Assembly (NCBI GenBank): GCA_964449215.1
Contig: CAYVAH010000007.1
Coordinates: 1-24,271 of the forward strand
Length of the DNA: 24,271 nt
From: Candidatus Undinarchaeota archaeon
GTDB taxonomy: Archaea; SpSt-1190
Direction: 5' to 3'
The position numbers and the translations under genes were made by a program. Positions 8,496 to 16,812 of this stretch are shown here, piece by piece. The notes under the pieces were generated by a model, which was not told the origin of the DNA, searched no databases, and was given only the letters and a program-made list of their open reading frames with translations. Position 1 is the stretch's first letter; the number at the start of each line of letters is the position of its first letter.

Positions 8496-8536
8496 TGGAT
8501 ATTTTTCAATCCAACCATTAAAATGGATATTTTTCA
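8496..8536. repeat. 13-bp direct repeat TGGATATTTTTCA x2 in the divergent ftsZ/gatD intergenic region
   Basis: Exact copies at 8496-8508 and 8524-8536. The first is part of the inverted repeat TTGGAT-N8-ATCCAA (8495-8514). Confidence 0.7.
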
Positions 8537-8589
8537 CCGCACATCCGGGAATAATTAATAGTATAAATACCCCGCAGGATATTATTTCT

Positions 8590-9846
8590 GTGGACAGAGT
8601 CAGGAAGGCCAGGGTGACGCTCAGGGATGGGCGGGTGTTCGTGGGTTATCTGCTTCCACGAACAGAGTTTTCCGGCGAGGACGTGGTGGTGCTAAAGCTG
8701 GAAAACGGCTATAATGTCGGGCTTAACTCGAAGGACATCCGCAAGAAAGAATTCCTCAAGGGTAAGGCACCAATTCGGAAGGTTCCACGCATAAAAGTAA
8801 AGGGCAAAGGGCCTGTGGTATCTGTGGTCGGGACCGGAGGGACAATAGCAAGCAGGGTGGATTATCTCACCGGTGGAGTCCGGGCCAGCATGAACACAGC
8901 CGAGATTCTCAGCGCCATCCCAGAAGCGGCAGAGCATGCAGAGCTGCGTTTTGTAAATGTGATGCACAAACTGAGTGAGGACATGACCCCCAAGAACTGG
9001 GCAGAGATCGCCAGCCAGGTTGCAAGAGCCCTCAAGCACTCAGAGGGTGTCGTAGTGTTGCATGGAACAGATACAATGCATTACAGTGCTTCTGCACTAT
9101 CCTTTATGCTCGACACGCCGAAACCCGTAGTCTTCACGGGAGCCCAGAGAAGCAGTGACCGCCCGAGCAGTGATGCTTACATGAACATTCTTTGCAGCAT
9201 AGAGGCCGCAAAGAGTGATGTTGGGGAGGTCACGGTGTGCTTCCATTCCAGCACCAGTGACGACTTCAACCACCTGATAAGGGGAAACAGGGCAAGAAAA
9301 CTTCACAGCTCTGCGAGGGCGGCGTTCAAATCGGTGAACTACCCGCCCCTGGCGAAAGTATGGCCGGACGGGAAGTTCGAAAAGATTGCAGACTACTTCC
9401 CCCGGAGGGAGGGGAACCTGGCCTTGCACAACAAGTTTGAACCCAGGGTCGCCCTGGTAAAAACCTTCCCTGGAGCAGACCCGGACGTGCTGAGGTATTA
9501 TGCCTCGAAGAACTACAAGGGGATTGTGATTGAGGCCACGGGGCTCGGGCATGTCCCTGTAAATCCTGACGGAGGGAAGAGCTGGATACCTGTGATAGAG
9601 GAACTCAGGGATGAAGTCCTCTTTGTCATCACGTCTCAGACCCTGTGGGGAAGAACACACAGGTATGTGTACACAAACCTCCGAAAGCTCTCGAGACTGG
9701 GGGTTTCCTTCGTTGGCGACATGCTTCCTGAAACAGCCTACACGAAACTGGTCTGGGCCCTCGGGAACTTCGACCCCGAGGACGCCAGGAGCATCATGGA
9801 GAGCAACTTAAAAGGAGAAATGGAAAAAAGAACCGTGTCCGTTTAG
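8590..9846 (+). CDS. gatD: Glu-tRNA(Gln) amidotransferase subunit D
   Basis: N-terminal VLKLENGYNVG domain plus asparaginase-like GTGGTIASRVDY.TG, HGTDTM and GAQRSSDRPSSD. GTG start at 8590 with TATAAATA at 8562-8569. Confidence 0.95.
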   Translation: MDRVRKARVTLRDGRVFVGYLLPRTEFSGEDVVVLKLENGYNVGLNSKDIRKKEFLKGKAPIRKVPRIKVKGKGPVVSVVGTGGTIASRVDYLTGGVRASMNTAEILSAIPEAAEHAELRFVNVMHKLSEDMTPKNWAEIASQVARALKHSEGVVVLHGTDTMHYSASALSFMLDTPKPVVFTGAQRSSDRPSSDAYMNILCSIEAAKSDVGEVTVCFHSSTSDDFNHLIRGNRARKLHSSARAAFKSVNYPPLAKVWPDGKFEKIADYFPRREGNLALHNKFEPRVALVKTFPGADPDVLRYYASKNYKGIVIEATGLGHVPVNPDGGKSWIPVIEELRDEVLFVITSQTLWGRTHRYVYTNLRKLSRLGVSFVGDMLPETAYTKLVWALGNFDPEDARSIMESNLKGEMEKRTVSV

Positions 9847-10271
9847 GGACAGGTTTCCGTGAACTGCTGTGTGCTGATGCCATTTGAGAACAGCTGAACT
9901 TTCAAGGTGCTCCCGCTCGTGCAGGTGACATCGGTGGTCAGGTGTGTGGCTGTGGATCTCGCACCAAGCACCTCACTGAAGGAGGTATTTACCACAGTAT
10001 TCCCCCCAACTATCACCTTGTACCCTGTCAGGTTGACACTCGAGGATCCAGCATTGTTTATTATGAATCCAACTTTTCCACCACTTGTGTAGATCCCAGC
10101 AAGTGAAAGAGAAGAACTTGACTGCTGTTCCACTTGTTCGCCCATTTTCGTCTCGGTTCGACCACTTATAACAGAACTCTGCCTCTGGTACCAGACCCAG
10201 GCTCCGCCTACGGCAGCCACGGCCATCAGCAGGATGAGTATTGTTGCTATAACCGGAGTTATACCTTTCAC
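9843..10271 (-). CDS. Archaeal type IV pilin (class III signal peptide), copy A
   Basis: MKG/ITPVIATILILLMAVAAVGGAWVW N-terminus and a beta-rich head with two Cys. GTG start with SD-like GAGGTG at 10279-10284. Confidence 0.9.
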   Translation of the reverse strand: MKGITPVIATILILLMAVAAVGGAWVWYQRQSSVISGRTETKMGEQVEQQSSSSLSLAGIYTSGGKVGFIINNAGSSSVNLTGYKVIVGGNTVVNTSFSEVLGARSTATHLTTDVTCTSGSTLKVQLFSNGISTQQFTETCP

Positions 10272-10297
10272 TCGCGGGCACCTCTCAGATCCAACAG

Positions 10298-10723
10298 TCA
10301 GCAGGTCTCCTGGAAGTCCTGTGTGCTTATACCAGCAGCGTATAGCTGAACCTTAACTGTGTCACCTGAAGTGCAGGACACCAGAGTGTCAAGCTCTGTG
10401 GTTGACCGGGCACCGATGCTCTGGGTAACCGAAGTATTCACGTAGTCCGTTCCAGCGACGTTTATTTTGAATCCTGTGATATTGACGCTCGAAGACCCCG
10501 CATTGTTCACAATCAGAGTTATGTTCCCGTCGCTTCGGGTGTATATCCCTGCCAAAGACAGGGCAACACCGGTTTGCTGCTCAACCTGTTCACTCATCTT
10601 GGTCTCTGTCTTACCACCAATAACAGAACTCTGCCTCTGATACCAGACCCAGGCTCCGCCCACTGCAGCCACGGCCATCAGCAGGAGGAGTATTGTTGCT
10701 ATAACCGGAGTTATACCTTTCAT
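10298..10723 (-). CDS. Archaeal type IV pilin, copy B
   Basis: MKG/ITPVIATILLLLMAVAAVGGAWVW; close paralogue of copy A. TATA-like CATAAATA at 10745-10752. Confidence 0.9.
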   Translation of the reverse strand: MKGITPVIATILLLLMAVAAVGGAWVWYQRQSSVIGGKTETKMSEQVEQQTGVALSLAGIYTRSDGNITLIVNNAGSSSVNITGFKINVAGTDYVNTSVTQSIGARSTTELDTLVSCTSGDTVKVQLYAAGISTQDFQETC

Positions 10724-10779
10724 AGAGATAAGTCCCAGCCCGGATATTTATGCATTTCATAAAGATAAAAATAAGGGGC

Positions 10780-11214
10780 CTACTCGGCAACCAGGCTGTA
10801 GTCCCTGAATATGTAAGCCCCGCCAATTCTCCCGGAGATGAAGTAGAGCTGACCGGAAGTGCAGGATCCACTCACTGTGGACAGGGTATGGGAACTGACC
10901 GAGTCCGCTCCAACCACCCAGCTCTGGTAATACGCATTCGCAGACCCCCCTGCGGACGTCGATAGTGTCACATTGTCCACGGTAACACTGCTTGATCCGG
11001 CATTCACCAGCACCAAGACCCAGTCAGAGCCACTGCACGACAAGGAGTCCGGGCTGACAACCACGGCCGTCTTTTTTATCTGTTCAACCTGACCGCTACC
11101 ACCTGCCATCGAGCTGGTCTGCATCCTCTGGTACCAGACCCAGGCTCCGCCTACGGCAGCGACCGCCATCAGCAGGAGCAGGACAGTAGTTATAACAGGA
11201 CTGATTCCTCTCAT
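10780..11214 (-). CDS. Archaeal type IV pilin, copy C
   Basis: MRG/ISPVITTVLLLLMAVAAVGGAWVW. TATA-like TTTTATAC at 11236-11243. Confidence 0.9.
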   Translation of the reverse strand: MRGISPVITTVLLLLMAVAAVGGAWVWYQRMQTSSMAGGSGQVEQIKKTAVVVSPDSLSCSGSDWVLVLVNAGSSSVTVDNVTLSTSAGGSANAYYQSWVVGADSVSSHTLSTVSGSCTSGQLYFISGRIGGAYIFRDYSLVAE

Positions 11215-11247
11215 AAAAGAAAAAAGGAAAAAGAAGTATAAAACCTT

Positions 11248-11685
11248 TTATTTGGCGGTGACCGGGTATTCGCGGATCACGTACTGTGCTCCAATTCTGG
11301 CGGAAACATAGTAAGTGGTCCCTGTGCTGCAAGGTTGAACTCCCGTTGCATTGGTTAGAGTCTGAGTGTCCAGAGAGTCCGCCGATATCTGCCAAGACTC
11401 CTTGTAAGCGTATGGCGTCCCCCCGGATGTCTCAACTGTAACATTCGTCAATGTTGTTGTTTCGGTTCCGACGTTGGACATCGTCATCTGGTACTCCGCT
11501 CCGGAGCACTTAAGCTCGTCAACACTTATTGCAACCGCTGTTTTCTTCAGCTGTTCAACCTGACCGCTACCACCTGCCATCGAGCTGGTCTGCATCCTCT
11601 GGTACCAGACCCAGGCGCCACCTACGGCAGCCACGGCCATCAGCAGGAGCAACACGGTGGTTATAACGGGTGTAATGCCTTTCAT
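11248..11685 (-). CDS. Archaeal type IV pilin, copy D
   Basis: MKG/ITPVITTVLLLLMAVAAVGGAWVW; close paralogue of copy C. TATA-like GATAAATA at 11708-11715. Confidence 0.9.
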   Translation of the reverse strand: MKGITPVITTVLLLLMAVAAVGGAWVWYQRMQTSSMAGGSGQVEQLKKTAVAISVDELKCSGAEYQMTMSNVGTETTTLTNVTVETSGGTPYAYKESWQISADSLDTQTLTNATGVQPCSTGTTYYVSARIGAQYVIREYPVTAK

Positions 11686-11794
11686 AATGATAATTGGAAA
11701 TAGGACATATTTATCTTTGCCTATTTCCCCAGAACCCGTTTGAAACTTGGGAGTGTTAATAAATGGCTTTTATACTCCCTGTTCTCATTTTCCC

Positions 11795-14080
11795 ATGAAG
11801 AGGGTTTACTGGTTCTATGAAATTGACAAGAAAAAGCTCGGCATAGCGGGGGGCAAAGGGGCAAACCTCGGGGAGATGGTCAAAGCAAAATTTCCCGTGC
11901 CTCCTGGATTCGTGCTCAGCAGCCAGACCTATTTTGAGTTCCTCGACAAACTGCATCTGCGCAACAGGATTGAGGGCATACTCAAGAAGCTGGACGTCAA
12001 CGACTCCGCTGCCCTGCAGGAAGCCGCAAGGGCTGTGCAGAAGCTCATCACGGGGTCAAAGCTCCCAGGGAGCATCGCAAAGGACATACTCGCCGCCTAT
12101 GATGAGCTCGCCTCCAACGTCGGTGAGGAGCCCCTCGTGGCGGTCCGGAGCTCTGCCACAGCTGAGGACCTCCCCAAGGCGAGCTTTGCCGGCCAGCAAG
12201 CCACCTTCCTGAATGTGACCCGGGATCGACTCCTCGATGCCGTTGTGGCTTGCTGGGCCTCCCTCTTCACAGCACGCGCCATATTCTACAGGGTCCAGCA
12301 GGGCTATCCACACATGAAGGTCGGGGTGGCCGTTGCTGTGCAGAAAATGGTCCAGAGTGAGTCCTCCGGCGTTGTGTTCACCACGCACCCTTCAGGAGAA
12401 AGCGACAGGGTGATAATAGAGGCTGTTTTTGGGCTCGGCGAAGGAATAGTCAGCGGCCGTTACACGCCAGACCATTATGAAGTCGAACCGGCCTCCTGGG
12501 ACATCGTGAAAAAAGACGTGGCAACCCAGGAACGCATGATTGTCCTCGACAAGGACAAGGGCACGCAAGAAGTGGAAGTTTCCCCGGAAAAGCAGGCGAC
12601 CCAAAAGCTCCCTGACAACAAAATTGTGGAGCTGGCGAAGCTCTGCAAGAAGATAGAAAAGCACTATGGCTGGCCGCAGGACATTGAATGGGCTTATGAA
12701 AAGGGCAGACTCTACATAGTCCAGAGCCGCCCTGTCACCACGATTCCCAAGGAAAGGAAGCGACAGGAAGATGAGGCGATGGTCAAGCGGTTGAAGCCTG
12801 TGCTCAAGGGTCTCGCCGCCTCCCCCGGGATCGCCTCCGGACCGGTCAAGATAATCAAGAGTGCCACAGAAATTGACAAGGTGAAGAACGGGGACGTCCT
12901 CGTGACAGGAATGACCAATCCGGACATGGTCCCTGCCATGAAACGCGCCGCCGCCATAGTGACCGACGAAGGTGGGATGACCTCACACGCCGCCATAGTC
13001 AGCAGAGAGCTCGGCATACCCGCAATAGTGGGAACGCAAAACGCCACCAAGACTCTAAAGCAGGGAGAAGTCGTGACGGTCGATGGCAAGCGGGGTATGG
13101 TTTACAGGGGAGAAAAGAAGGACATACTCATGGAAAAGATACCGGCAGAAACGGAAGACCACGGTGTGTGGGTTCCCACAGCCACTAGGGTGATGGTCAA
13201 CCTTTCTTCCCCCGGAGAAGCAAAGAAAATTGCAGGCAAGGATGTCGATGGTGTGGGTCTGCTGCGGGCGGAGTTCATGGTCGCAGAGATAGGCATACAC
13301 CCCAAGGAGGCCATCGCCACCGGCAAGGCTGACAGCTTCGTGGACGAGCTCGCCAGCGATGTCGCGGAAATAGCCAGGGCCTTCTGGCCGCGCCCCGTAA
13401 TATACCGAAGCTTTGACTTCAAGACCAACGAATACTCTTCACTCAAAGGCGGGAAGAAATACGAGCCAAACGAGAACAACCCGATGATAGGTTACCGTGG
13501 AGCGATGAGGGCAATATTCGACCGCGAGGTCTTCGAGCTGGAACTGAAGATGCTCCGCAAGGTGCGGGAAGAGCTGGGACTCAAGAACCTGTGGCTCATG
13601 ATGCCCTTCATCCGCACGGTGGGTGAGGTCCGGAAGATAAAGCGCATTCTGGAAGAACATGGATTCCTCGACGACAAGGACTTCAAGTTCTTCCTGATGG
13701 CAGAGGTGCCAAGCATCGCACTGCTTATAGACGAGTTCGCCAGGGAAGCGGACGGCTTCTCCATAGGCAGCAACGACCTCACACAGCTGGTGCTGGGTGC
13801 TGACCGGGACAACGAAAAGCTCGCCGAGACCTTTGACGAGCGGGACCCTGCCGTGCTGAAAGCCCTGGAAATGATAATCAAGGGGGCGAAAAAGCACGGG
13901 AAATACGTGAGCATTTGCGGGCAGGCACCGAGTGTTTACCCGGAGATGGTCGAGCACCTCGTACGCTGGGGCATTGACTCCATATCGGTGAACCCGGACG
14001 TGATAACAAAGACCAGGAAGATAGTGGCACAGACCGAACTCAAGGTGCTTCTCGAACGGAAGCGAGGGGAAAGCTTATAA
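11795..14080 (+). CDS. ppsA: Phosphoenolpyruvate synthase (pyruvate, water dikinase)
   Basis: GGKGANLGEM, VAVRSSATAEDLP.ASFAGQQ, phospho-His motif GGMTSHAAIVSRELG, GVGLLRAEF, NPMIGYRG, SIGSNDLTQ and ICGQ. ATG 11795 with TTTTATA about 21-27 nt upstream. Confidence 0.97.
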   Translation: MKRVYWFYEIDKKKLGIAGGKGANLGEMVKAKFPVPPGFVLSSQTYFEFLDKLHLRNRIEGILKKLDVNDSAALQEAARAVQKLITGSKLPGSIAKDILAAYDELASNVGEEPLVAVRSSATAEDLPKASFAGQQATFLNVTRDRLLDAVVACWASLFTARAIFYRVQQGYPHMKVGVAVAVQKMVQSESSGVVFTTHPSGESDRVIIEAVFGLGEGIVSGRYTPDHYEVEPASWDIVKKDVATQERMIVLDKDKGTQEVEVSPEKQATQKLPDNKIVELAKLCKKIEKHYGWPQDIEWAYEKGRLYIVQSRPVTTIPKERKRQEDEAMVKRLKPVLKGLAASPGIASGPVKIIKSATEIDKVKNGDVLVTGMTNPDMVPAMKRAAAIVTDEGGMTSHAAIVSRELGIPAIVGTQNATKTLKQGEVVTVDGKRGMVYRGEKKDILMEKIPAETEDHGVWVPTATRVMVNLSSPGEAKKIAGKDVDGVGLLRAEFMVAEIGIHPKEAIATGKADSFVDELASDVAEIARAFWPRPVIYRSFDFKTNEYSSLKGGKKYEPNENNPMIGYRGAMRAIFDREVFELELKMLRKVREELGLKNLWLMMPFIRTVGEVRKIKRILEEHGFLDDKDFKFFLMAEVPSIALLIDEFAREADGFSIGSNDLTQLVLGADRDNEKLAETFDERDPAVLKALEMIIKGAKKHGKYVSICGQAPSVYPEMVEHLVRWGIDSISVNPDVITKTRKIVAQTELKVLLERKRGESL

Positions 14081-14101
14081 TTTCCCAGTAACAAAAACTC
14101 C

Positions 14102-14695
14102 ATGAGCCAGGTTTTCGAAAAGGTTGTGGAAGTACTGAAGGAGTTACCCATAAACAGGAACCAGTCGGAGCACCAATACAGGGTTCTGCCAGAGCTCTCA
14201 GAAATTGAAAGGGAAACGGGGACAAAAATAGAGTGCTATTGCTTCAAAGAAAATGAGCCACACGTGGAAAAATACGTTGGAAAGGAGAGGGCTGAAGCCA
14301 TGGAAAATAATCCCACAACGCTGCAGACACTTTACAACTTTGTCAGGACATTCAACAAGCTCAACGGCCACCAGGGGGACACGCTGGAGTTCTCCCTGAT
14401 CAACGACGAGAAGGAACTTGCCGTCAGGGCGTATCTTCAGGGAGCCACAGGAAGCTATTCAATAATAGCCGTTGAAAAGGAAGCAGAGCAGCGTGAGAAC
14501 GGCAAGCCTTACATGAAAGTAACAAAGGTAGGGCTGCCAAAAGATGAAAAAGATGAGGACATTTACAACATAGCGGCTCCCATCGCTGCAATAATGAACA
14601 CTCTGAAAGGACACACGGAATACAAGGAAGCGAGAATTGGTGACTACACAATACGCGAGGAAGAGGGATGCTACGTGCTGTATGGACCCGAGTAA
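14102..14695 (+). CDS. Hypothetical protein (197 aa), orphan family paralogue 1
   Basis: ATG-initiated ORF filling the gap after ppsA, with protein-like composition. Shares motifs with the next ORF. Confidence 0.8.
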   Translation: MSQVFEKVVEVLKELPINRNQSEHQYRVLPELSEIERETGTKIECYCFKENEPHVEKYVGKERAEAMENNPTTLQTLYNFVRTFNKLNGHQGDTLEFSLINDEKELAVRAYLQGATGSYSIIAVEKEAEQRENGKPYMKVTKVGLPKDEKDEDIYNIAAPIAAIMNTLKGHTEYKEARIGDYTIREEEGCYVLYGPE

Positions 14696-14730
14696 TAAGA
14701 TTTATAATCTGAAAGTGGCTAAACAAGAGC

Positions 14731-15630
14731 ATGGATCCTGATAGGGCTAAAAATTTCCTGAGAAGGAACGGTTACTTAAAAAGGGGGGGCAGGGAATTCA
14801 GCGAGGAAGACCTTGATGCTGTTTGTTTTTATCTCGAGAGAAGAAACCCGGGATTTGGTATATGGGAGGATGATGAGCTGAACTTCGAAAAGCTCCGGAG
14901 ATTGCTCAGCTACCGGGACAAGAACGGGGGAAGCCTGCTTCTGAAAAGGGGAAGTTCCCAAAACACCAACGCAACAAGCAAACTCCTCTCGTTCTTGGAA
15001 AGTGAAACGGAAACCAGAATGGCGTACATACTCCCTGAAGAGCTCATGAAAGGAAACAAAAGCGAGTTCATGCTCTATGCCGGGAAAGGCTTCAAGGGGA
15101 ATCCTCAATATTTCAGCAGAGCAATGGAAATCTATTCTCTAGCGGGTGTTCTGAGAAACTTTTCAGAAATCACTGAAGGACCCGAAATGTCATTCGTCGT
15201 TGGTGAAGGCAAAAACAAAATCGGGGTGGCCCTGCTCGAAACAGAAAATATGGGCAATGGCAGAGGGCAGTCATACTCCGCATTCATCGTGGAGGGAGAG
15301 ACTGCGGACGAAATAGTCAAGGGAATAACCGGTGAAAGGTCATACCAGTTGGGGGATGCCCCGAAAGAAGAGCTACTTGCAGCCGATTCCCACGGAGCGC
15401 CCCACATCAAGCAGGAGGGAAAGTATGTCTCTGCTTTGGGATTGGAAGCCAATCAATACGACCGGCTGGCAAATAGAATAGGGGCTGATCCACTCCAGGT
15501 ATCGGGTTTGGTATTCGCAATACTGGACCTTGCAAACCGGCTTGGATACAGACGCGTAGATGCTTGTGGGTACACCATGAGAAACGAGAGGGGGAAATAT
15601 ACCTTAAGCAAGTCACTTCCCGAACTCTAA
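14731..15630 (+). CDS. Hypothetical protein (299 aa), orphan family paralogue 2
   Basis: ATG-initiated ORF with TTTATAA at about 14701-14707. Its C-terminal region resembles 14102-14695. Confidence 0.8.
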   Translation: MDPDRAKNFLRRNGYLKRGGREFSEEDLDAVCFYLERRNPGFGIWEDDELNFEKLRRLLSYRDKNGGSLLLKRGSSQNTNATSKLLSFLESETETRMAYILPEELMKGNKSEFMLYAGKGFKGNPQYFSRAMEIYSLAGVLRNFSEITEGPEMSFVVGEGKNKIGVALLETENMGNGRGQSYSAFIVEGETADEIVKGITGERSYQLGDAPKEELLAADSHGAPHIKQEGKYVSALGLEANQYDRLANRIGADPLQVSGLVFAILDLANRLGYRRVDACGYTMRNERGKYTLSKSLPEL

Positions 15631-16812
15631 CATCCTCCCTGCCAGGTTCATCAGCACCCTGACCACATCGCCGCCCGTCAGCTGTCCGGCACCGCCCAGG
15701 CGCGCCCACCTTTCCCCAAACCTGCGAACCCCGTCTTTTGGCACATTCACCCCCCAGAAAAGCACGGGCACGGGGTCCCCTGAATGAGTTTTCAGCTCGC
15801 AGGGTGTGGCGTGATCCCCTGTGACAGCCAATGCAACATTGTCCAGCTCAAGCAAAGGCCTGATAAGCCTGTCCACCTCCTCTATCACCCTTTTCTTGTC
15901 CATCGGCTTTCCATCGTGACCTGCCACATCAGCCTTCTTGAAGTGCAGGAAAAAGAAGTCATAGTTGTGAATGTTCCGGAGGATGTGGTCAACCTTCCTG
16001 GAGTCGTCCTCCTCCGCTATCACATCCATTCCGGCGAACCTCGCGGAACCCAGATAGAGGTGTTCCCTGGCCACGCCGAGACATTTAAGCCCCGTTTTTT
16101 CCTCAAGGCTCACATGCTCCCCGTAAACGCCCCCTCCCCTGAGCAAAAGGGCGTTGGCAGGCTTAAACCCCTGTTTCTCCCTTTTCACATTATAGGGGCT
16201 GCTATCCATGACACTCCGGGCCTTCCTGTATACCCAGGCCACCAGCTCGGCCCCCTCTCCACCCTCGGGAAGCTCCACGGTCACACCCTCAACCGGCGGG
16301 TCAAGGTCAGGCATATCCGCCTCTTTTCCCCAACCCTTCACCACCAGCGCTCCACGGTGGTCATAGCCATGCTTCAGCACAATTTCCTTCCGGAAGGGGT
16401 TTTGCCTAAAAGCCTTGTTGAGTTCCCCCGTCAGCTCATCAAGAAAATGACCGCTCCTCCCTGCCCTCCTGTCCAGGACCACATCCCTGTTGTTCAGGGT
16501 GGCAAAATTCACACGGAAAGCAAGGTCACCGGGCTCCAGCTCGAAACCCATCCCAAGGGCCTCCAGCACACCACGTCCCTGATACTCGTCCAGGGAATAC
16601 TCAAACAGCAGGTTGTGAGCCACCCCCGAACCGACAGGGATACCGGGTCCCAGCGGATAATAATACCCGAGGGTTCCCTCACGGGCCATCCTGTCCATAG
16701 TGGGCGTGCGGGCGGCTTCGAGGGGCGTCCTCCCCCCCAGAACCCGCAGGGGTCGGTCCCCCAGTCCATCTACAATTATGAGCATCAGCTGTGGTCCCGG
16801 AAGCAACTTCAT
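15613..16812 (-). CDS. apgM: 2,3-bisphosphoglycerate-independent phosphoglycerate mutase (archaeal type)
   Basis: IIVDGLGD, TPLEAARTP.MD, catalytic Ser region PVGSGVAH, GRGVLEALG, DRRAGR, KKADVAGHDG, TGDHATP and HSGDPVP. 4-nt overlap with eno. Confidence 0.93.
   Translation of the reverse strand: MKLLPGPQLMLIIVDGLGDRPLRVLGGRTPLEAARTPTMDRMAREGTLGYYYPLGPGIPVGSGVAHNLLFEYSLDEYQGRGVLEALGMGFELEPGDLAFRVNFATLNNRDVVLDRRAGRSGHFLDELTGELNKAFRQNPFRKEIVLKHGYDHRGALVVKGWGKEADMPDLDPPVEGVTVELPEGGEGAELVAWVYRKARSVMDSSPYNVKREKQGFKPANALLLRGGGVYGEHVSLEEKTGLKCLGVAREHLYLGSARFAGMDVIAEEDDSRKVDHILRNIHNYDFFFLHFKKADVAGHDGKPMDKKRVIEEVDRLIRPLLELDNVALAVTGDHATPCELKTHSGDPVPVLFWGVNVPKDGVRRFGERWARLGGAGQLTGGDVVRVLMNLAGRMLEFGK

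Noticed and set aside
8272..8520. Small cdrS-like ORF or replication origin upstream of ftsZ
   Set aside because: The ATG-initiated minus-strand ORFs I found are 15 codons or fewer with no RHH pattern. No ORB-like G-string repeats or adjacent orc1/cdc6 gene.
10168..11685. Pilin 5' repeats as a CRISPR array or a diversity-generating retroelement TR/VR pair
   Set aside because: The repeats are in-frame coding sequence about 450-490 bp apart. Differences are mostly synonymous and not adenine-specific, and no reverse transcriptase or cas gene is present.
9843..11685. Archaellin (archaellum) operon
   Set aside because: The proteins are about 140 aa with pilin-type G/I(T/S)PVI N-termini, and no arl accessory genes are adjacent.
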